Part shown: piece by piece, positions 56,907-64,000 of the stretch | Layout of the letters: every line of letters begins with the position of its first letter | Numbering within the stretch: the first letter of the stretch is position 1 | Source: Candidatus Giovannonibacteria bacterium RIFCSPHIGHO2_12_FULL_44_22 | GTDB lineage: Bacteria; Patescibacteriota; Minisyncoccia; UBA11713; 2-01-FULL-45-33 | Assembly: GCA_001778695.1 (NCBI GenBank) | Contig: MFHU01000003.1 | Coordinates: 75,112 to 139,111 of the forward strand | Length of the DNA stretch: 64,000 bases | Reading direction: 5' to 3' | Notes under the pieces: generated by a model | The model's database searches: none | Told to the model about the DNA's origin: nothing | Seen by the model: the letters and a program-made list of their open reading frames with translations, nothing else | Made by a program: the position numbers and the translations under genes

Positions 56907-58415
56907 CCTGTCGGCGCGGGATTTGAGCCGCGCGGCAACGTATTCTGGAGTGTTTACCTCCCGCCATGCGCTTTCTCTTATTTCAATAAGCTTGTCGGGC
57001 GGGATGATGGTATTTTTCATCATCACATTCATCCAGTTCATTTTATCTGGATCAAAATTTTGATCAAGATGGTTTTGCGCGAGAGCTATTTCATAAAGCC
57101 TGCTTCCCGGAAATGGGATGGGGATAAAAAATGCGCAGTACGGAGCGCCAGCTTCCACAAGTCGCTTTCCAAGTTCTATGGTTTGGCGAATCTCGTTTTT
57201 GGTTTCGTCAGGAAAGCCGATCATCATATTGATTGGACATTTAATGCCTAGGCGGGAAGCAATGCGTACCAATTCGACAACATCCAGTCTATCCAGGTTT
57301 AACTTTGCTGTTGCGTATTTATCTAAGATCCGCTGCGATCCAGATTCCACCGGGAAGGAAATCTCGTCAAATCCGGCGTTCTTTAAAAGTTCAAGGTATT
57401 CCACATCAATTTTCAATCTACCGCTATGCTTGTGCTGAAAATGAATAAGGTTGACTCCGTTGATGGCAGCGATTTCCAGTCCCATACCAAGCACACTTTC
57501 AAAGATAGTTTTTACTCGACTTTTTTTGGCAAGAAGACTGTCATCCTCAAAAAAGAGTTTTTTAACACCGAGATTTCGCAAGCGTTCCACTTCTTCCAAA
57601 ACGCGCTCCACTGATTTTAAGCGCAAAGAACCAATGCCTCCACTGCCAGCCGAATCCACTTTTTCCATAGAGATATGACAGTAGAGACACTCAAAAGGGC
57701 AACCGCGGGATGTCATAATGGGCGCGTAGCGCGCTTTTTGTGGCGAATCGGCGCCGCTTCGAGACGAGGTAATCGCGTCATAATGCTTGAAGAGAAGTTT
57801 ATCCCAAGCGGGAATCGGTAGGTCATCCAGATTAGCGTATGCGTCTCCCGGCATAACGGCGTTTTTTAGATGTTGTTCGCCTGTTTTATATAACACGCCA
57901 GACACTTTTTCAAATCCGCGGCCTCGCGCTAATTCTTCCGCTGTCCTGACAATAATTTTTTCTGCTTCCGTCAGGCAAACGGCGTCCACATGGTCGCTAT
58001 CCAAAAAACATTTTGCCAGATTTCTGGCGTTCACTCCACCGACAATAACTTTGATGTCAGCGCTACCGCTCTTCGCAATTGCGGCGACTTCCAACGCCAT
58101 GCGGGTTTGGGCGGTGAAATTTGAATTGATGCCTACGCACGCGTACCCGCCCTTCGCAATAAATTCCCGCAACCGCTCTTGCGACATTCCTATGCGAATC
58201 AGTCCGTTTGGCTGCCTTACGGCGCGGTAGAAAGTTTCTGTTAATTCGTCGTCTGCGTTGCCGACAGAAACGTCTAAAACGTCTGTTTCAAAGCCGGCGC
58301 GCTGAAGCGCGCTGGCAAGATACAGGAGGCCTAACGAACCGTCCGGCCTCGGAACCTCTATATCCATCAGCTGGTTTGGCGGATATACCAATAGAATTTT
58401 TGGATTCCTAATCAT
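56898..58415 (-). CDS. B12-binding radical SAM enzyme (class B radical SAM methyltransferase-like)
   Basis: N-terminal cobalamin-binding-like domain. Radical SAM cluster motif TSRGCPFECLYCH (CxxxCxxC). Confidence 0.7.
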   Translation of the reverse strand: MIRNPKILLVYPPNQLMDIEVPRPDGSLGLLYLASALQRAGFETDVLDVSVGNADDELTETFYRAVRQPNGLIRIGMSQERLREFIAKGGYACVGINSNFTAQTRMALEVAAIAKSGSADIKVIVGGVNARNLAKCFLDSDHVDAVCLTEAEKIIVRTAEELARGRGFEKVSGVLYKTGEQHLKNAVMPGDAYANLDDLPIPAWDKLLFKHYDAITSSRSGADSPQKARYAPIMTSRGCPFECLYCHISMEKVDSAGSGGIGSLRLKSVERVLEEVERLRNLGVKKLFFEDDSLLAKKSRVKTIFESVLGMGLEIAAINGVNLIHFQHKHSGRLKIDVEYLELLKNAGFDEISFPVESGSQRILDKYATAKLNLDRLDVVELVRIASRLGIKCPINMMIGFPDETKNEIRQTIELGKRLVEAGAPYCAFFIPIPFPGSRLYEIALAQNHLDQNFDPDKMNWMNVMMKNTIIPPDKLIEIRESAWREVNTPEYVAARLKSRADRAS

Positions 58416-58506
58416 TGTTTCCTCCTAAATTTACAAAGATACCTTTTTCATTCTACAGAGTTTTATAGTTAAAGTCAATTATGCTATTATTCAACAACTC
58501 ATTATT

Positions 58507-59193
58507 ATGAAAGCAGTCATTTTAGCGGCAGGAGAAAGCAAGCGGATGCTGCCTCTTACATTATCGGTCCCCAAGCCGTTACTGCGCATCGGCGGCAAGG
58601 TTGTTTTGGATTATATTTTTGACGCGTTGCCGGAAGAGGTTGATCAGGTTATAATTGTAGTCGGGTATCTTAAGAAAAAAATTCAACAGCATTTCGGAGT
58701 AAAATATCAAGGTAAGTCCATACGTTACGTTGTGCAAAATACTTTAAATGGTTCGGGCCCCGCATTGCTTTGTTGTAAAGATTTATTTTCTCCAGGCGAG
58801 AGATTTTTAGTTATGTACGCTGATGATATGCCCAATCGTAAAGAAATCGCTGAATGTCTAAAGCATGAGTACAGCTGGCTTTGTGTCACAACCAACAACT
58901 CCAAGCAGAACGGAGAAGCTGTTGTTTCTGATGACGGTTATATTTTGGAAGTTGTTGAAAAACCGGAGCACCCAGTATCAAATATTGTGGCTGTCGGCAC
59001 GATGGTTGTAAATAGCGATATTTTTTCTTATGCTCCGATTCAGCATCCTAATGGAGAATATTATCTCACACCATTAATGAGCCAATTCGCGGCATCTCAC
59101 AAAATCAAAGCGGTTTACGGTAGGCAAAGGCCTGGTTTTCTTTCACCGGATGAAATAGAAAAAATTAATCTTAACATTTCCGATTGGGTATGA
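58507..59193 (+). CDS. Sugar-phosphate nucleotidyltransferase
   Basis: KAVILAAGESKRMLPLT...PKPLL. Confidence 0.6.
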   Translation: MKAVILAAGESKRMLPLTLSVPKPLLRIGGKVVLDYIFDALPEEVDQVIIVVGYLKKKIQQHFGVKYQGKSIRYVVQNTLNGSGPALLCCKDLFSPGERFLVMYADDMPNRKEIAECLKHEYSWLCVTTNNSKQNGEAVVSDDGYILEVVEKPEHPVSNIVAVGTMVVNSDIFSYAPIQHPNGEYYLTPLMSQFAASHKIKAVYGRQRPGFLSPDEIEKINLNISDWV

Positions 59194-60119
59194 TTTCTAT
59201 TATTGTTCCAGCTTTTAATATCGCGAATAATTTAGATAAGCTGCATCGCCGGCTGGTCTTGGTGTCGGAATCTTTAAATGAACCTTATGAAATAATTATA
59301 ATTGACAGCGGTTCTACCGACGGGACGCGCCAAAAACTTATAAAACTTTCTCCTATAACCGCGGTTTTGCTTTCCCGAAATTTCGGCCGGAACGCGGCAT
59401 ATGATGCCGGATTTAAAATGGCCGTCGGCGACTTTGTTGTGACATTTAGCGGGGATATGGAAAATAATCCCGAAGACATAAAAAAAATCGTGGATAAATT
59501 GCGCGAAGGATACGGCGTTGTGTCTGGCTGGCGCCAAAATCGCCAAGATGTTTTTTACCGCAAATTATTTTCTCGTTTCGCGAACTGGTTAGTAAGTAAA
59601 ATAAGCGGAGTTAAACTGCGCGACTTTCATTCGTCTCTGAAAGGATATCGCAGGGAATTTATTGATGGCGTTCAGATTCTGGGAGAAACTTTTATTTTTA
59701 TGCCCATCTTTGCCCATGACCGCGGGGCGCGCGTTGCCGAAATAGAAATAAGTTCAGCTAATGGAGAGGCCCAAAAATCACGGAGGAAGATCTCCGAAAT
59801 GGCCGAACTCTTTTTTGATTTAATCAGCGTGAAGTTTTTGCTTAATTATTTTTCCCAACCCTTGAGATTTTTCGGCAAATGGTCGCTATTTTCTTTGTTT
59901 CTGGCGGCCTCGACTTTCATCTGGGCTATTATCATGAAGATATTGGGCATCAACGATTTTAGCACAACCCCATTGCCTGTGATAAGCACTATGTTCGTTG
60001 TTCTTTCGGTTACGCTTTTTATGATGGGATTTATCACGGAAATTTTACTGCGCATTTACTACGACCGCAAAGACAACGCCCCTTATATGATTTACGAGGT
60101 TGTGAAGAATAAAAAGTAA
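59184..60119 (+). CDS. GtrB-like GT2 polyprenyl-phosphate glycosyltransferase with C-terminal TM segments
   Basis: ISIIVPAFN, IIIDSGSTDGT and SGDMENNPED. C-terminal TM segments. Confidence 0.65.
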   Translation: MGMISIIVPAFNIANNLDKLHRRLVLVSESLNEPYEIIIIDSGSTDGTRQKLIKLSPITAVLLSRNFGRNAAYDAGFKMAVGDFVVTFSGDMENNPEDIKKIVDKLREGYGVVSGWRQNRQDVFYRKLFSRFANWLVSKISGVKLRDFHSSLKGYRREFIDGVQILGETFIFMPIFAHDRGARVAEIEISSANGEAQKSRRKISEMAELFFDLISVKFLLNYFSQPLRFFGKWSLFSLFLAASTFIWAIIMKILGINDFSTTPLPVISTMFVVLSVTLFMMGFITEILLRIYYDRKDNAPYMIYEVVKNKK

Positions 60120-60541
60120 TGCGTCGGCTAATTATCAGTTTCGGCAAATATGGCGCTATCGGAGTCCTCAATGTGTTTTTAAGCTTAGGGATTTTTAATT
60201 TTTTGGTTTGGACAACCGGCATAGCGACGGGGTGGTGGGCAGATGTTTTTATAGTGGCGGCTTTTGTCATCACAGTTACCCACAGTTTTTTTTGGAATAA
60301 GTTTTGGGTTTTTGAATTCGACAATACCGAGAAGGCAAAAAGAGAATATGCAAAATTCTTTTTGGTGACTGGTATGACTTCCGGGTTGAACACTGTTTTA
60401 TTTCATATAATTATTAATGTGATAGGAGCGCCTGCGAATATAAACCAAACGCTTTGGGCCAACATCGCTTTGGTTTCGCTGATTCCCGTTTCCGTTTTGG
60501 GCAACTTCGCCGGTTATAAGCTGATTGTTTTTAAGAAATAA
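60119..60541 (+). CDS. GtrA-family membrane protein
   Basis: 140 aa, four TM segments, GtrA-like N-terminus (GAIGVLNVFLSLGIFNFLV). Confidence 0.6.
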   Translation: MRRLIISFGKYGAIGVLNVFLSLGIFNFLVWTTGIATGWWADVFIVAAFVITVTHSFFWNKFWVFEFDNTEKAKREYAKFFLVTGMTSGLNTVLFHIIINVIGAPANINQTLWANIALVSLIPVSVLGNFAGYKLIVFKK

Positions 60542-60551
60542 ATTTTGAATT

Positions 60552-61658
60552 ATGAAAATAGAATTCATAGATTTGAAAAAACAATATCAGTCGCTTAAAA
60601 ACGAATTGGATGGCGCTATAGCGCGAGTTCTGGATAAGGGGATTTTTGTTTTAGGAGAGGAAGTGGAAAATTTCAGCCGGGAATTCGCGCGGTTTTGCGG
60701 CGCCAAACACTGTATTGCCGTAGCTTCCGGGACGGACGCTCTTTATCTGTCGCTAAAAGCTCTGGGAGTCGGCAAGGGAGATGAGGTAATTACGGCGCCT
60801 AATTCTTTCGTAGCGACAGCAATGGCAATTTCGTTAACCGAGGCAAAACCGGTTTTTATTGATATTAATCCGTTAACTTACAATATTGACGCGGCTAAAA
60901 TTGAAGAAAAAATAACTCCCAAAACAAAAGCCATTATTCCCGTTCATTTATATGGCCAGCCGGCGGATATGGATGAAGTTTTTGAAATTGCCAGCAAATA
61001 TAATCTTAAAATTTTAGAAGACGCATGCCAAGCCCATGGCGCTGAATATAAAAATAAAAAGACAGGAACTTTAGGAGACATCGCGGCTTTTAGTTTCGGC
61101 CCGCCTAAGCCGCTGGGCGCTTACGGCGACGGGGGGGCAGTGGTTACCAATGACGATGCGTTAGCCGAGAAGGTTTCAATTTATAAAAATTACGGCGCGC
61201 CCAAAAGAGATAATTATTTATTGGTTGGCATTAATTCCAGATTGGATGCTTTGCAGGCGGCGATATTGAAGGTTAAATTGAAATATCTTGATAAGTGGAA
61301 CGAGATGCGCAGAAATAACGCTAAACTATACGATAGATACTTGGAGGGTGTAGCGGAGATTACAAGGCCTATGATTTTAAGCCATAATAGATCGGCTTTC
61401 CACTTGTATGTGGTTAGGGCCAGAAATCGGGACAGCTTGGCGGAATATCTCAAAACAAAACAGATTCCCGCGCTTATACATTATCCTCGGCCGATTCATC
61501 TTCAATCTGGCTACGCGGCGCTTGGCTATAAAAAGAGCGATTTTCCTGTCACTGAAAGGGCGGCGGAGGAAATTTTATCGCTGCCAATATTTCCGGAATT
61601 GCTGGAAAACGAAATCGGCTATATCGCCGAGAATATTAAGAGGTTTTACGGGCTATGA
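60552..61658 (+). CDS. DegT/DnrJ/EryC1/StrS-family sugar aminotransferase
   Basis: N-terminal FIDL..QY pattern and an AHLY-type fold. 368 aa with an LPIFPEL-like C-terminus. Confidence 0.65.
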   Translation: MKIEFIDLKKQYQSLKNELDGAIARVLDKGIFVLGEEVENFSREFARFCGAKHCIAVASGTDALYLSLKALGVGKGDEVITAPNSFVATAMAISLTEAKPVFIDINPLTYNIDAAKIEEKITPKTKAIIPVHLYGQPADMDEVFEIASKYNLKILEDACQAHGAEYKNKKTGTLGDIAAFSFGPPKPLGAYGDGGAVVTNDDALAEKVSIYKNYGAPKRDNYLLVGINSRLDALQAAILKVKLKYLDKWNEMRRNNAKLYDRYLEGVAEITRPMILSHNRSAFHLYVVRARNRDSLAEYLKTKQIPALIHYPRPIHLQSGYAALGYKKSDFPVTERAAEEILSLPIFPELLENEIGYIAENIKRFYGL

Positions 61659-62377
61659 TTTCCGTTATAGTGCCGGTTTACAATGAAGAAAAGACGATTG
61701 AAGAACTTCATCGCAAAATAGTTGAAACGCTGGGTCGGCAAAATGACGCCTACGAAATTATTTTTGTAAATGACGGATCTACTGATAAAACCTGTGAATT
61801 AGCCGCTAAATTGCGCCCACTAAAATTAATATCATTTGAAAAAAATTACGGCGAAACCATTGCTTTGGATGCCGGCATCTATGAAGCAAGCGGCGAGATA
61901 ATTGTTTTAATGGATGCGGATCTGCAGAATGACCCCGGAGATACGCGGTTTTTATTGCAAAAAATAAAAGAGGGATGCGATGTGGTTGTTGGCTGGCGTC
62001 TGACGAGAAATGATCCACTGTCTAGAATTTTATTCTCAAAATTCGCTAACGGTCTTGCGCGATTGGTTTTGGGATTAAATATTCACGATTTTGGTTGCGG
62101 CTTAAAAGCGTACAAAAGCGATTACATAAAAGATTTCCGCCTTTGGGGCAGGATGCAGGTTTTTTTGCCGGCCATAGCTAAGGCGAGGGGAGCGAAAATT
62201 TGCGAAGCAGTTGTTTCTCACAGTCCAAGAAAAATCGGTTTTTCAAAAATCAAAATGTCTGACATGATCAAGGGGGGTATAGGTTTATTGGGAATTTTGC
62301 CTTATAGATATTTTTTAAAACCTTACCGGATAGTGAGGCCAAGCTATGTCATCAAAGAAATTAAAGAAAATAAGTAA
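61655..62377 (+). CDS. GT2 polyprenyl-phosphate glycosyltransferase
   Basis: ISVIVPVYNEEKT, FVNDGSTDKT and DADLQNDP. Confidence 0.65.
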   Translation: MISVIVPVYNEEKTIEELHRKIVETLGRQNDAYEIIFVNDGSTDKTCELAAKLRPLKLISFEKNYGETIALDAGIYEASGEIIVLMDADLQNDPGDTRFLLQKIKEGCDVVVGWRLTRNDPLSRILFSKFANGLARLVLGLNIHDFGCGLKAYKSDYIKDFRLWGRMQVFLPAIAKARGAKICEAVVSHSPRKIGFSKIKMSDMIKGGIGLLGILPYRYFLKPYRIVRPSYVIKEIKENK

Positions 62378-63479
62378 AAAAAATCCTGAATTAGCCATTA
62401 TCGGCGGCGGGATTTTTGGAACAACCTGCGCTATCATTTTAGGCAGATATTTCTCGGTTACTTTGTTTGAGAAAAATTCAGATATTTTTGGAGAGGCTAC
62501 TTGGGCCAACCAATACCGGCATCACTACGGATTTCATTATCCGAGAAGTGTTGCTACGATCAATGAGATTAAGAGAACCAGAAAAGATTTTGAGAAATTT
62601 TACAAAAGTATAATTGTAAGCGTCCCAAGTTATTATTGCGTTTCAAAAACTGGTTCAAATGTTTCGCCGGGAAAATATTTGGGAATTTTCAAGAGATTAA
62701 GGATTCCATACAAATTGGAATATCCACCGCGCGAGTTTTTAAATAGAAGCGCGGTCAGCGTTTGTATCCGCGCGCCGGAGGCCGTGTATGACTATAAAAA
62801 ACTGAAAAACTTTGTCAAAAAAAAGATAGGCACGAATGAAAACATACGGCTCGCGCTCGGTTGTGAGATAATCAGGGCAAAGTTGGACGATGACGGAGCG
62901 AAAATACTCAAAATTAAAAACAAAAATCGGATTTACGATAAAAGATTTGATTATGTTATAAACGCTACTTATGCGCGGCACAATAATTTTTGCAGTTGGC
63001 TTGGTTTCCCGGGAAAGCGCCTACGTTTCAGGCTCAAAGAATTGCCTTTGCTAAAGCTGAACACAAAACAAAGATGCGCTGTTACTATAATGGACGGGCC
63101 TTTTGCCACAATTCTGCCGGTCGGCGAGTCAAAAAATCTTTATACTTTGGGCGATGTGCCGCTCTCCGTGCACCGTAGTGTCACAGGCGTTAAAAGTTCT
63201 TCGGTAGACGATGCTCGCTGGGGTAATTACCGGTCTCGTTGGCGGGAGATGAAAAAGAGGTGCGCCCAATGGTTTCCCGCCATAAAAAACGCCCGCTACG
63301 CTGGGTCTATGTTTGTTATTCTTCCCACCGAAGCCGGCGCGGACGCGACAGACGCCAGGAATACTGACGTTGTGCGGCATGGCCACGGTTGCTGGTCTAT
63401 TTTCAGCGGGAAGATTCTGACTGCGGTTGCGGCGGCAAATAAAATACTCGCAGATATTAAAAAAGACTTGAATAAATAA
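62346..63479 (+). CDS. FAD/NAD(P)-binding oxidoreductase
   Basis: LAIIGGGIFGTTCA dinucleotide-binding motif. Confidence 0.5.
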   Translation: MSSKKLKKISKKNPELAIIGGGIFGTTCAIILGRYFSVTLFEKNSDIFGEATWANQYRHHYGFHYPRSVATINEIKRTRKDFEKFYKSIIVSVPSYYCVSKTGSNVSPGKYLGIFKRLRIPYKLEYPPREFLNRSAVSVCIRAPEAVYDYKKLKNFVKKKIGTNENIRLALGCEIIRAKLDDDGAKILKIKNKNRIYDKRFDYVINATYARHNNFCSWLGFPGKRLRFRLKELPLLKLNTKQRCAVTIMDGPFATILPVGESKNLYTLGDVPLSVHRSVTGVKSSSVDDARWGNYRSRWREMKKRCAQWFPAIKNARYAGSMFVILPTEAGADATDARNTDVVRHGHGCWSIFSGKILTAVAAANKILADIKKDLNK

Positions 63480-64000
63480 TGGATCACATCAATTACTGCA
63501 AACAATTTTTGAAAGCGGGCGGCAGGATTTTGGATATCGGCGCCGGACGGGGTAAATTTTTGGCTGGGATGGCTGAGCTCGGTTTTGAAGTTTACGGTGT
63601 TGAAACCAACCCCGAGTATATTGGAGGGTATGTGCTCGGAACGCGGGCGGAAGAATTGCCTTTTGAAGACGCGAGTTTTGATTTTGTAAATTGCGCCGAA
63701 GTCAGCGAACATGTGGATGACCCGATAAAAATGCTTAAAGAAATTTTCCGCGTTTTGAAGCCCGGAGGCAGGTGCTACATAAGTTTTCACAACCGCTGGG
63801 GTGTTTACGACTATCATTACCATTTGTATTTTATCAATTGGCTGCCTCGGCGATTGGCAGAGTTTTTTCTAAAATTATTGGGCAAGCAAAAAAAAGACGG
63901 CGGTGCGGGGCGGCAGAAACTTGAAACTATGCACTATTTCACGTTCTGCAAAATTAAAAACATGCTTAAGTCTTTTGGATTTATCTATAAAGACATCAGA
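63480..64000 (+). CDS. Class I SAM-dependent methyltransferase (3' end beyond the window)
   Basis: The frame is open from ATG 63480 to the window end. Motif I ILDIGAGRG, then FDFV and LKPGG. Confidence 0.6.

Overview
A 64-kb, AT-rich, gene-dense stretch of bacterial chromosome, mostly encoded on the + strand, with weak or absent Shine-Dalgarno sequences, many overlapping starts and stops, and a monomeric PheRS. By inference this fits a reduced-genome Patescibacteria/CPR-like organism. Positions 1-25 kb carry housekeeping genes: the C-terminal part of mfd, rpsA, ligA, gatCA, a csp gene, pheS, gyrB, secE-nusG-rplK, two dcd-fold genes and secD. Within this block sits a tRNA cluster that is clearly accessory. 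Its neighbours are a Fic gene with a canonical promoter and a 58-aa HsdM N-terminal remnant. The cluster also contains a tRNA gene split in its anticodon loop by a 13-bp inverted-repeat-bounded insert that holds an intact tRNA-Asp. From about 25 kb to the window end there is a roughly 39-kb cell-envelope glycosylation locus. It contains tandem and single GT4 genes, several DPM1-like GT2 genes each paired with a polytopic GT-C-like membrane protein, GtrA/GtrB, a four-gene GDP-D-glycero-alpha-D-manno-heptose pathway (gmhA, hddA-like kinase, hddC-like transferase, gmhB), nucleotide-sugar dehydrogenase, epimerase and aminotransferase genes, methyltransferases and a B12-binding radical SAM enzyme. 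Upstream of it lie a PaaX-like regulator bracketed by two copies of a 38-bp palindromic operator and a surface protein with two lamin-tail domains and one PKD domain. Two things are most unusual. First, short GC-rich palindromic elements recur in-frame inside unrelated CDSs (ligA, gatA, asnB, gyrB, several GTs and a peptidase-like gene), and one of them matches the inverted repeats at the split tRNA. Second, a relatively GC-rich two-gene island (a tetra-Cys zinc-ribbon protein plus a 510-aa ThyA-fold enzyme with extra N- and C-terminal domains) is inserted between two dCTP-deaminase-fold paralogues. All calls come from reading the sequence and the ORF translations; no database searches were run.
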